Shown piece after piece: positions 1 through 12,465 of a stretch of DNA of 64,000 nucleotides. The DNA is from Blasia pusilla (Eukaryota), in NCBI GenBank assembly GCA_050084515.1, contig CM114271.1, positions 37,138,001 through 37,202,000 of the forward strand, in the 5' to 3' direction. Within the stretch, counting starts at the first letter, position 1; each line of letters opens with the position of its first letter. Below the pieces are notes generated by a model. The model worked only from the letters and a program-made list of their open reading frames with translations. It was not told the origin of the DNA and ran no database searches. The position numbers and the translations under genes were made by a program.

Positions 1-317
1 AACACAGTCAGATTCTCCCAAACGCTAGTCGTGTTCCAAACTGATTCTTACCTCTTTGGCAACCACCTCCCAAGACTCAACTCATCTCAAGTCTCGGCTC
101 GCGTTTGGTCTAGGTTTCCTGGTCGCGACCACTAACGCATGAAATGCACAACTCTGTTCTGCGTTTTGTCTCTTAGACTTTTCCAAGAGAGTCTTCCAAA
201 CGCCTCTCCAAAGCGCAAACCTCGCAACGTGAGTTCCTTTGAGTTCTGAAGTTTCGCTTGGCGCGTATTTGGTGTTGTTTGGTTATGAGGGTCGCGACAC
301 ATGCACACTGACGTTCA

Positions 318-1467
318 GCAGTTTGTTGCCATGTGCATGATGTGTGATCGAGTCTGAGCATCATTCAATGCTCCGACTCCACAGTTGCATCCATTATCGA
401 TCATGGGCCTAGGGTATAGATGGAATTTGGATTTTGCAGGACCTTTGCCTTTGACGGAGCGTCACAATCGTTATGTGTTGGTGATGGTCGAGCACTTCTT
501 GAAGTGGATCGAGTTGGTTGCATTTCCTGACAAAGCGAGTGAGGGAGTAGCTTATGCCTTCCTTGACAGAGTGTTGAGTCATTATGGCACACCGGCTGAG
601 GTGTTGACAGACCATGGTACCGAGTTTCGCGGTGAGTTCCAGGCCTTGTGTGATCAGGCGCTGATCAATCACCGCACGACTTTGTGAGATCATCCCGAGG
701 TGGATGGATTAGCATAGAGAGTTGTGCAGACGGTGAAGAGGGGTCTACACAAGTATGGCTTGCAGAGAGGTCAACTAGGAGATTGGGACCTCCAGTTTCC
801 GTGGTTGGTGATGGGATACAGATTCAGCAGGCATGCATCCTTAGCATCTTTTTCATCGTACTTGCTACTTTATGGCCGAGAGCCAGATTTACCAATGGCC
901 ATTTTTCAAGATGCTGGTGAGGTGCTGGACCGTGATGACCCAGATGTATGGATGTGAGCATGTTCTCAGAGGGCTGAGTTGTTCCGGAGAGTGATGTCAA
1001 TGGCGTTCAAGAACTTGGCGATTGCGCATCATTGGAATACGTTGAGGTATGTGACTTTTCGGAGTGGTGGTTATCGACCAACTATCTGGAGGTTTCATCA
1101 GGGAGATTATGTCTACTTGCAGCAGACGGCATCGACGATATTGGATGTGACTACACGGCGCACTATCCTGAGAGTGCGTGACGTTTTGCCATCAAATGTT
1201 CTCTTGCTGGAGGGACGCGATGGTATGGTATGGAAGGACCATGTGCGTAATTGTGCGTCATGTCACCTTCCTAACATTGATGGTACAGTAGATCCGAGCT
1301 CAGTAGTAGCTCTTGCAGGCTTCCGTTGTATGTTGTGTGGTTCTGCTCGTGGTGCGGCCACGATGCTAGTCTGTGATGGATGTTCACGAGGTTGGCATAT
1401 GGCATGTGTGACGCCACCTCTCATTAGGGTTCCTCGGGGACGATGGATGTGTTTTAGATGTACATAG
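318..1467 (+). pseudogene. Ty3/Gypsy integrase (end of Zn-binding region, core domain) with C-terminal PHD finger; decayed, 5'-truncated element
   Basis: Translations CMMCDRV, WNLDFAGPLP, VMVEHFLKWIE, VLTDHGTEF, then CMLCG..MLVCDGCSRGWHMACV..WMCFRC (C4HC3 PHD). Internal stops and frameshifts. Confidence 0.9.
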
Positions 1468-1640
1468 CGGAGATACTAGGTAGGTTTTGAGTCCGACTTT
1501 TTCTATGACATGGATGACAGGAAGGCACCTAACGATGGGGCCACATGAGCACCCGGCCTTTCTGCTCTTAGCGTCCTAGAGATGTATGTTGTGGTAGGTA
1601 GGGATAGATGGCTATCTGGAGTTAGAGGAACCTAACCACC

Positions 1641-1780
1641 AGTTAGGGGGACGATTGGAGATATTTTGGTACTTCTTGCCTCTGTGTATGGATGCCATGA
1701 GTTAGCATGGGATTGTGTGTGTTTATGAGTGTGTGTTCGATGACAGCAATGTATGTTGTGAAGCGATGTGTATGCGCACG
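1641..1780 (+). mobile_element. Polypurine tract and start of the 3' LTR of the first Gypsy element
   Basis: AGTTAGGGGGACGA follows a 3' region (~1530-1650) clearly similar to ~36625-36748, which precedes the LTR of the second Gypsy element. Confidence 0.55.
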
Positions 1781-3574
1781 ACATGGGCCCAATGCAGATC
1801 TGACGTAAGCCAGTGTGGGCTTAGGGCGGGCTACAAGCGGGCCGATTCTTTCCTGGCTCCCTTAATCTGAGCCCTAGGGTTTGGGAAAAATCCGAGCAAA
1901 GGACCCATTGGGCATATCCGTCCCATGGACGGTCATATCCACTTCCATGCAACCGTGGTCCAATTAAACCCCAAAGCTAACTTCTCAATCCATCACATGC
2001 CCTTGGTTCACCCCCATGGTTCCCAAGATGGAGTTCAAGTTCCAAACACCCTTGGAGACCCTCCCCCTTAGATGTAGTTCTAGAATCCCCACCCCGTCCC
2101 TACTATTAAGAAAGTCCTCTTGGGCCACTCCTTATGGCCTTCAATTCAACTGTCATTTTGATAGTTTGGGAATGGCTTCTAGATCTTTGCTCATGCATTT
2201 TTTTGGAATTTTTATGTGTCAGAATCGTCTTCCTAGAGCCTTTCCCACACCACCTTATTCATCCCAAACATACATTGGGTCTAGCCGTTATGACCTCAAA
2301 CATGGAGAACCTCCAAACGCATAATCAAGTTCCCAGCCAAGTTGCACTCCCCTTTCCATCCAACTCTTGTGGAACTTGTGCTCTTCTCAAGTCCTACTTA
2401 AAGTTTGATCTTGTTCTCCTAGGTCACGATCTTCCTCATTTTAAGGCATCCATCAAGGCTCAAGTCTTACTCATAAGACTCTAACGCGATGCCCAGCAGG
2501 TCCCCTTCCTATGTTTTTTTTTTCACCCATGTTGCCCACACGGGCTCTAGATGCAAGTACGGGTGCCGGCGAGATCGAAAGGGTATGCATGTTACAAGCC
2601 CTTACCATGTCTGCATCGGGCCCACTTTCCTGCTACCAGTGCAGGCCCTAATCTTGTCCTCTATGGGTCTTGCAGGCCTTGTGCAGGCTCTGCAGCCCGC
2701 TCTCTGCGGGCTAGTTTGGACCGGGAAGGCTCAATGTAGGCATGGTGACGGGTCAATACATGACTCTCCGGGCTCGATATGGGCTACAGAGCTGTTAGTG
2801 AGAATGTGCAATGGATCGCTAGATTATGTGCAAGCTGGTTGAGTACAGGTCTACGTTGCGGGCAGGGCGGACCCGGATGCAAATTCGGGCCGCACAAACC
2901 CAAGCACGCAAGGATATGTCCATCCCTATGACAAATATAAGTCTGCAGACAATAAATTTGTCTTTGTAAAATCTTGCTAGCCATTAGACACATGAAATGC
3001 GGGTCCAAGCTTCAAGGTGAATTTGGGGAGCGAAGAGTTGCTTAAACTACAAGAAGCCTCCGCCAAGCTATCTTGATGGATAACGAGTCAAACTCTAATT
3101 CACAGGTCGTGAACCATGTTTGATTTAAGGGCCAAAATCAAGGGCTCGAGGGGGGAAATGAAAAAGGTGGCGTTCCCCTAGAGATCCCCCATAAGTACAT
3201 ATAGGGTGGACACTCTCCCTCTCTACTCACTCAAGTCGTTGAACTAAGAACTAACCATGACGTGTGTTTGTACGTGTTTCCGGTTTGAGTTGAGGGACAC
3301 ATCTTGAGGAATGAACCGATGTGCTTTGGTTAAGGCAAACAACTTGGAGAGATTGGTCAAGGCTTGGGGAAGAGGCTTCCTACGAACACGGTACGCACTT
3401 GGGGAGACTCAACCCAATTAGCCCTTGGCGGCTTCTTGGCTACCTACGGAATGCGCAACCGGTTGAGTCTTTCAGACTCAATCTAAATCTTTGGCACTCA
3501 ATCTTAGTCTTCTGCTTGCAAAGCTCCAATGCCAAGAGTGCTTCGTTGTGAAGCTAGGTGGAGTAGAGAAGAGA

Positions 3575-3721
3575 CACTACAACAATTTGACTCTCACAAG
3601 GCCATATCTCAATTATGCAGTTGGTTTTCTCAACCAGCTTATGCAATCACCACTAAAGTCCCATCTTCATGCAGTGAAGCGTATTTGTGAGCATGTGACG
3701 TTCACTATTCAGTTTGGTTTC

Positions 3722-3785
<64 letters not shown>

Positions 3786-3880
3786 ATAAATCGATCTAGA
3801 CTAGGCACAAAACGCCCTTGAAACGATATCATCTTGCGTTATATCTATTTAGATTTGGAAGTGATATGTTGAGTTGGGAT
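3575..3880 (+). pseudogene. Ty1/Copia RT/RNase H relic interrupted by a (GATA)n tract
   Basis: LTLTRPYLNYAVGFLNQLMQSPLKSHLHAVKRI matches the Copia RT C-terminal LTxTRPDIxYAVxxLSQFMxxPxxxHxxAVKRI pattern. Confidence 0.7.
3722..3784. repeat. (GATA)n microsatellite
   Basis: About 15 consecutive GATA units read directly. Confidence 0.95.
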
Positions 3881-4708
3881 TTAAAGACACATCCCTATGC
3901 AACGAAAGGGTAGGGAATTTTTTTAACAAAGAAGAGTTGTTTTCCCAAAGTAGGTTGGTGGAATAAAAGGTTTCCCAAATGAAGCAAGGGAGCACAGTAT
4001 GGGATTATAATACAAGGTGTGGGTTTATTAAGGAGGAGGGAGGAAAGGGCAATGATATTTTTTTTTCAAAATGTTGGTGACGGGAATGTTTTTCCCCAAA
4101 GTGAAGAGGGCGAAAGATTTGTTAAGGAAGGGAGTGGAGCTAAGGAAAAGAGGAGGGATTCACGTTTTCCAAATGAATAAATGTAGTTTTGTTTTCCAAC
4201 TAAGATACAAGGAAAGGAAATTGCACTCACTACATGAGGTGAGACGAAATGTTTTCAAAGAAAATAAATGAAAGGAAATGTTTGTCCCCATCTTCTTAAG
4301 AAATTAAGAAGATGGGGGAAAAAATGTAGTTATTCAAAATGAAAATTTTGTTCAGAGTGAACATAGAGATTTTTTTGATGTCTTTAAAATCTAGTCTTTC
4401 GTAGAAGATCCCTCCTTAAGTTATCATTCCCTCTTCAGTGTGATTTTATTAATGCTTGATTATTTATCTCACTCACCATTGTCAAAGTCTAAGGAGCAAT
4501 AGCTAGAGAAGATTATTTTGATTTACCGCACTTAGTTGTCTCGATCTCGTCCTTTACTAGACAATGGATAGGGATTCCTTGTAGCCATGCACGTGCTTGA
4601 GTGACCAGCAAAGTTTATCGACAAAAGTATTTAAGTCTCCATGGAAATATGGCCGAGTAAACTACAAGATTCTCTTTCGCCATTATGTGGTTATCCTCGT
4701 GAGAAACC

Positions 4709-5424
4709 ACTAGTAAGGGGTCCGTGCATCGCACAGGCTATAAAACAACTTTTGGTAGTGTAAAGGTAAGGGGCTAATGATTTTGTACATAAATTCAAAT
4801 TGTCTTGCTATCCACTGCATGTGAAAGATTTTCTTGTTGTCCAATTGCCACATGTCGTATTTGCAAATCAAAAAAACATTCCCATAATAATATATATTTA
4901 GGCACACATATTAATTTAATTGCAAACTAGAGCAGAACGATTGGTAAAGTTGAGAGGTCATATCCCTCTCATATCCTAGACTCATGTAGCAATAGACCAT
5001 TACGCTCTAGTAGTACCCGTGCACTGTTGCTGCGGAAGTAGAACCGAGCGGCTGGCACCGAACATGACAGGTATAGGTTTTTCCATGGACGGAACGGCAA
5101 TTCCCAGTCAAAGCAATGGAGTAACAGCCGATCTCATGTAAACGTTAAGTGAATTAGACAATTCACTCGGCCTTTATGTCAGTGTTCAGTGTGTTTGACA
5201 ATTGTCATCTATGTTATCCACGTGATGGAGAATTAGCTGCTCATGTAAAAGCTAAGTGAATTAGACAATTCTCACGGCCTTTACGTGAGTGTTTACTTGA
5301 GTGCTTGACAATTCTCATCTATGTTATCCGCGGGATGCGACGGATCACCTTTACGACTCAAGACACTCGTTTCCGTTTTCAATCCATGAGGCCGAGCGTT
5401 GCGCAGCCCTGTTTGCCTACTAGT
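4709..5424. mobile_element. Possible non-autonomous Helitron-like fragments with an internal ~105-bp tandem duplication
   Basis: GC-rich imperfect hairpin next to CTAGT at ~4709-4737 (minus strand) and ~5390-5424 (plus strand). Direct repeat CTCATGTAAA..GTTATCC at ~5133-5235 and ~5240-5337. Confidence 0.4.
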
Positions 5425-7169
5425 GACCAGAATTCTTCAGAGAAATTGTGAAGTTCAAGACACATTCTTCATTATTGAAGTTGTAAAATGTTGGAATACC
5501 GTTCAGGATTGAAGCTCTTCCCACCTGAAGTCGATGCGTTGAGGGGCTTATTCAGAAAAGGTTATAATTTCTTGAAAGACTAGAAGCAAATGATTCATTA
5601 CGATCCTTCTTTTCAGATGTACTTTTACCCTTGTGGAAAATCTTGTTTACTTACTTTAAGAAGACATTTTGTGTCGGGGAGTTCATGACAAACACCGGAT
5701 ATAAAGCATGAAAAACACGATGAATCATGCATAAACATGTCCAAAAAGCTGCTTCAATGAAAATTGCTTTGGAACTTTAAACAAGACTGGCTGCAGGATT
5801 GGTGTCTTCCACCAGACTTGTGCCCATGTGAAGTAGCAAACAGTACATAAAATTTGAGGATGACAATCAGTCCAAAACGGCAGTCCCATGATAAGGTCTC
5901 AAAATTGGAAGGCCTAAAGGTGCTCGAGTAACTTGAAATCACTTAGGTCTCACCTTTTCCATTTTACTGTTCCCCATGCTTAGCCATGACCTTCTTTACA
6001 GATGAAAACATAGTAATTCAGCTTATTCAAATTGTAGTCCAAGAAGTGGAGTACCTGCTCCCTTCAAATGAATATCCAGAAGACATGCAAATTTCAGTTA
6101 AGAAGCAACTTCCCACCTATACTACTCGTGAGATTAAGAGATTAAGAACGACTCAAACTCTAGCTTTCCGAGGGGAGAACTCCATAAGGAGTGATCTCTC
6201 ATATTCTAGTACGGAAAAAAGGTGTCAGGGTCGACAGAATACAGTGCTCTGTTTCACCTTTTCTGGGCTTCCACATCAGTTAATATAACAGCAAAGCATC
6301 CACCCAAAATCAGGGGCCTTGGGGGAGATGATTGTGCATCCTACCACAGGTTATAGTATGGGAAAAATACCTCCCTTACTCTGCAGTTCTATGGACTGGA
6401 ACTTCCAAACGGTGTAGGAGTGAAACAGGAACCTAGGTCTAACTGGCTATTGCAGGTACCGTGCTCCCCAAAGCCAATCAAAAGCAAGCAAACAATGCAT
6501 TTCCATATTTTGTCAGTATCTTTTCTCAAATTGAATTGTAGATTTACATTTTGGATCCAAATGCATTACAACGCAACCCATAGACTTCTGATAATCATTT
6601 GTAGTGGAAATTACCACGTTTCTCCAAGAAAATCAGCGAACAAATCTTTCCTGTAGTACAAGTATCCGATAGTTATCTGAGAGAGTTTGAATGCTTAGAA
6701 CTGTCCAATGAAACTTTACACTTAATAATATACACACAAATATCAGTATAATATTCCTAAGATAAATAAATAGGCTCGTGTAATAGAGAGGTAAAACTAA
6801 TTGGATGCTGCAACTACTGGTTTTTCAATCCAAATTTGAACATTTAAAATTGGAGCAAATAAAAACACAGATCCCCCTTGCAGCTCTTACTGGTACGCAA
6901 ATGAAGTGTGATAAGACAAGGATATGGACAAGGATTGCTCCTTGTAGACGACATGAGCATTCCCTGTGCATCAATTTTCATGCAGCCCAGGTCTTGCCAC
7001 CAAACTCTTGATTGCTCAAAGAGCATCACACCTCACAAGTTGAAGGAGCCAATAAGTAACTAGATTTTACCATTAGAAGCCTCGGAAAATCTCTTGAACT
7101 CAGAGTGCTAACCTTGAGACCAGAACCGTGGGCATAACGTCCTGGTGTATGCTGGGATGACTTCCAGAA

Positions 7170-9208
7170 TCAAGAACGGCAACCGCGCAACAGAATGCCA
7201 CCGCAGAAGAAGGCAATGGTCATGTAGATCAGAATAACAAACAGACATGTCAAAGACGCCCTGTTACACAAGAAACGCAGTCTGGTCAGGACACCTTAAG
7301 GGTGATTCTAGGATGGGCGAATATATTATGACATCACATCTTTGCGGGGATCTGCAATGCCTGCCTCAAGCCCCTTTCTGGAGTAACAGTATCAAAACAA
7401 AAATGTACACCTATACAGGAATGTAAGAGGCAGAAACAACATTTTCCTTTACAACCTAAAATTTATTCAAGACTTCACCAAAGTGCTGTGACAAAAACAA
7501 CCCTGAAGGAATTGCAACCATAGAAGCGCATACATGAGCTTGGCATTTTTTATCCAAAGAGCATGACGAAGCCGTCTTGACTGCTTCTTCAGTCTAAAGG
7601 TGCTGTCATGTATGGTCGCAGTTTTGTCCACTAGCAACTCTATCCTGTCTCCTCTTTCCAAGACCTTGTCAATATTTTCCACCATGGCTGCACGAACCTG
7701 CATTTCAAAGGACAAAACTACCAGTTAGACCATTACACATCTTCTAGCCTCTTGACCATACTGGATCTAGTTTCAAGCAATGGTGAGAAAGGTTACAAAT
7801 GTCAGGAAGAAAGGAGTAGGAAAGAAAGACTAAATAAGGAGGAAAGCTTTCAGAGACTGTTGGTCCTTACCACACAGACAGTGAGAGGGTGGAGTTTCCA
7901 GGTAATACCCAAGAAACTCTTTACAACAGAATCTACCTTCCATGACTATGGAACATAAAAATACTATTGATAGGTGCAATAGGTTTGTGTAGTGAATCTA
8001 GGCCACTGAACTTGAAGACCAATTTTGGTGATTACGCTTTAGGGATTTTGCTTGGGTTCCCATCCTTCTCTTTGTGTAATTTGAGTGAATAGCCCCAATC
8101 CTGAACTTAAAAGGGAAGATCGATGCAGATGGCAAGGCCAAAAATCAAATTTTCGTCCAGCAAGAGAACCACTGACAATGTGACACATTGTGTCACAAAA
8201 CTAAACCGGAAAAATATGCACCGTGATCTCCATTTCTCATTTGCTACAACTGTTGCAAGTATGTCTCAAAAGTTTCGCACAGATGATGCAAGAAATTCCA
8301 TGCACAATCACCGTAGTTCTAACCATTTCATGCGAAAGCAAATGAACTAATTAGCTTACCCATTCACCAGGGATACTTGAGGGAGAAAGTGCAGTCCAAA
8401 AGAGTGAATTGAAACAATCCACCAGAAAATGTAAGTTGACACATATGAGGAGAGAGTTTTGACTCAATTCTGTGTCAATCCAGTTGAAGCCTAAGGGCAG
8501 GCTTACCTCTGCAATCTCTCCCTTCACCCTGTTTATCGTGTCAGCATTAGGATTGCTGGAAAAGTATTCCATCTGCTGGTGTAAAACCCTGGAAAATTCG
8601 TCATTCATAGCATAAGCAAGAGCATTCTGTGCTGTCCGCCCATAAGTCTTATTGAAGCGCATCTGAATATCATCAAGATAAGCGAATGGAATTCTCCCTG
8701 CAGCACATGACGGTAATAATGGTCACTTCTCAACGACGAATCTAGTTCAGGAAGGGAATGCAACATGCTTCCAGAGTTCTAAGGGAAAAAAAATTAATAG
8801 GAAGTGTTTCCAGAGAAGTGCTATTAAAGATAGTCCTAATAAATGTGTGTATACAACTACACATGTACCACTTGTGATGCATGGGATTTTTCTATTCATA
8901 AAATACTGCGTACAAAATTTAGTACCAAACGAAAGAGAGCTCAACTTTAGTGAGCAATGGGCAACTAGTGAGTTGGAGAATAGCAACCTACTTCCAAACG
9001 TGTCATTTGCCATGCACAGGAAAGTAAAACCCTCGGCTTTCATGATATGGAATATATGTCGGTCCTGGGAAAAGGAAACACGACTGTCTCCACTGGTGGT
9101 TAATTTCTCCAAAATTCGACGTGCCACGGTGCTTGCGTTTCCTGATGCAGCACTGAATTCAGCAAGCACCACCGTACCTCGCGCGACGAGAGAATACAAA
9201 ATAGTCAT
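7170..9208 (-). CDS. VAMP714: Vesicle-associated membrane protein, VAMP71 family (longin R-SNARE), 220 aa; exons 9208-8992, 8697-8507, 7697-7534, 7260-7170
   Basis: MTILYSLVARGTVVLAEFS (longin domain), RIPFAYL..AYAMNDEFSRVL, SNARE motif MVENIDKVLERGDRIELLVDKT, C-terminal TM ending FFCGGILLRGCRS*. All introns are GT-AG with consistent phases. A 5'UTR intron probably spans 10159-9218. Confidence 0.95.
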
Positions 9209-12200
9209 CTTGACGGCCTGCACACTTCTGCTTACAGAGTAAGTCAAGCCCACTTGTGAGAATTTCTGTACATGACTTGAGAAAGAAACCCTCGACTCTT
9301 CATCCTGTCAGTCTAATGGTCCCAAATGAAATTTCGTAGACCATCGGTTGCTGTCGTTGCTTCCCGAAATTCCATAAAACTTTTAAGCATGGAAAAGAGG
9401 TGTGGTTCTTGAAAAGAAGATGGAATGTGGATCGGTGCTTAGCCTGACGGTTTGGGACCTACTATACCCTCACTGCCGGAGCTAGACGTCGAACCTCACT
9501 TCCTTCAATCCACCCTCTCGCAAAAGACTAGAAATCTTGAGCAAACGACATCATTAATTCTTCAAGACTGATGCCATTTCCAGGGCACTGTTGTTGAATC
9601 TCAACCCAGTTGCACTTTGAACCCGCTTAAATTTGAGCCGGAACAACAATCTCCACTGCAAGGAAGACTAACACCGGATCTAGCGGCCACTATTAATCCT
9701 TCTAGAGGCGTAAACACAAGTGCTGATCGGACAGGGAATCCGGGTGACCAACACTTTCAAGAGAAACCTGCGAAGACGGAACTAGATTGAATGAACGATT
9801 CCAGATTATTCAAGGTTTAGAGATTAATCTCAAAGAATCATGAAGATCCTATTTCCAATTACACCACAAACGGGGGGCAACTGGAGTAAGGGCTGGAGGG
9901 TGCCTGCCTTGGCAACAATCGCTCGCTAATGTGGAAGCGGCACTTCTCGTCCAGCCAACACCAGGCAACTAGTCGAGCACGCGGCAGAATCAGGGAAGAA
10001 CTTTCCCTACGGATTGAGCGTCAAGAGAGGCAATACCCATTGATCTGCAAAAATCCGCGAAAGAAACTCAGCTCGGGTAAAGGTTAAAGGCGGTTGAACC
10101 GAACAACAGCATTAAGCAAACACTCCTCCTTTTCTCTACCTCCCACCAAAATTTCTTACGATGATGACGAACGACAACTGTGGCGAGAAGGTGAACACGA
10201 ACAATCTTCACCTAATTGAAGACGTACGCAGGACGGACAGACAGTGAGCACCCGCAGCTTCTTCGGGACGCGCACGGTTTCCCGGAACAAGAGAAAACAC
10301 ACAGAAAATTCAGGGGATCGATCCGGGAAATAATGGAAATCTGGATGAAGAAGCGGGCGACCGTGAACCCCGAAGGTGAAAAGAGATTGGAAGCGGGTCG
10401 TCTGTAGACAATTGATGGCAAGGAGAGCGCACACACAGGCTCGCTCGAGCAATCGACGGGGAAAGGACCTAAGGGGGTTTGAAGACTCTCCCAGAAAAAG
10501 CGCGCTGGGAGCGGGAATTGTCAGAAGGACGCGCGGGGGCAATTCCCGCCGTCTCCAGGAAGGGCGGGGGGGGAGCTGCCTGTCGGCGGACGTGAAAACA
10601 GTAGGTCCCCACTCACCGGCGTCGTGACTCAAAAGAAGGCGCATTGCCGGGAATTACACTTCCTCATCGCCGTTGGCTGCGTTCACGGCTGCCCACCTGG
10701 CGGGTTACCGAGGGGATCACTTGCGACGAACAGTACCGGAACACTTGTCATATTATATGTTCTCCACCTCTGCCCATGTGTACCATCCCATACGCTTCCC
10801 CATATTTGACTGCCTGGCTCGTTTAGGGTGCCTCGTTGGGCCGGACTCCCGAGTGCTAGAGAGCGAACGAACGATCGACTTTTCAGTGGCCGTACAAGAG
10901 TTCAACTCTTGTTCAGTAAGGTTAGTTGGCTCAGGAAGTGATTCGATCACACCTCCTGTCTCCGCAGTCCCACCCTGATATTCGCAGGAGATGGACGCTA
11001 ATGACGGAGCCGGATAACACGACTCCAGTTTCCGCGGCTGCGCTGTGATATTGCCGAATGAGGCGTTTGCACTTTGATGTTCGCTAGGAGATGCAATCCC
11101 AATGTTCAGGTTCCTTGGCGTAGGCCAATTACGAATTCGGTACAAATAGTAATTCGGGAGAGAAAAATGCTCGAACAGTTTTGTATAGTGTGTCCGTGAA
11201 GAGATGAACGATGCTGCATACAAATTCCATCTTTTCTTCATTACCATGAAATGTGAAACAATTTCTTACTGCCCACTTCAACAAATCAAGAAAGCACTCC
11301 CGTTTAGATGTAGCGCTTCGTAGGCAGAGAGGGATGGTAATCAGGAGGAAGGCAGCCCACGGGTTCCTATCGTGGACATTGATCGCTTCCGGAGTTTAAT
11401 CGTGTTGGTCGTTGATTGACTCACTGATATATCGTCAGTGACTTAGGCCATTCAGCTGGTACGAGAAGGGCGTACACCTGAGTCGTTTCATTGCCTACAA
11501 TGGAGTGTGGACTCCGGCTTTCGACCGTCCCAAGGGATCCATGGCTAGTCATCTTCAATTTCGGGGAGATGCATAAGAGCATTCTTGCCGGTCCGGAGAA
11601 CTTCGGCGTTTCCGTTTCGGGAGCGCAATTTCAGTGATCAAGCGGGCGGTTTCTCGGACCGTTGCCTTAGTTGCCTGCTTTTGGGATCAACATTTCAGGT
11701 CGGCAGGAGACGGGAAAAGTATGGGAATTAGTTAGTCCACATGCTGGATTCCAAGAGAGTTGAAGAACCAAGCCCAGTTGAAGAACATCCCTCCTTCAAG
11801 AAAATGAGCACAGATATCTTTTCTCCAAGAAGTTGAATGCCTTAAGGGTAACTCCGTAACTGGCCTCTACGGCATTTGTCGACAGCAGAAGCCTAAAAAA
11901 TCGCTTTTTTATATTCACATGACGTCCACTAGTTGCAACGTCTCGTCGGAATGGCAAATGACACTCTTCATGTGGAAGTTTTCTACAGAAATTTTCATTA
12001 ACGTTTCCACTCCTATACCCTTAGAAAGTCCTTACATTTTCTAATAGTAAACGCCCAAACTACAGCTGTAGTACACCTCTACCGGAACAGGTAAATAGAG
12101 GCATCCAATATGTATGTCCCGTCGTTCCCAGGTAACTCGGACATAAACTCTCGACACCGAAGACACCACCGCTCCAGACACACATTTCGCCACTTCTTCC

Positions 12201-12465
12201 GCGGCCTCACTTCACTACTTCCTCGATCAGTTGTGAATAGATACAAAAATGTTCACTTTGGTGGTCTGGTGAAAGAAGTGTTCAAGCACAAAATATAATG
12301 CGCCATCATTACATGTGTTTCCGTGGCAGGAATCGAAAGGTTTTCTTTTCCCTGGGTTTCGGGCCGGTCACTGCACTCCACGGCGCCACCGGCTACAATA
12401 AAGCCGAAGTTTACTGTAATGGACTTCAAGTCTCAGTGGAGGAAACCGGTACTGGGTACAGATGT

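Noticed and set aside
1-300. Possible LTR end (GGTCGCGACA at ~290-299) of another element truncating the first Gypsy
   Set aside because: Only a terminal motif; no partner LTR or coding region in the window.
1790-3560. GCGGGC/GCCCGC-rich and LTR-like fragments
   Set aside because: Probably TE debris, but no paired termini or coding motifs support a specific call.
10156-12300. Several 60-165 aa ORFs between VAMP714 and ORC6
   Set aside because: No recognisable motifs; consistent with a GC-rich promoter, 5'UTR and 3'UTR.
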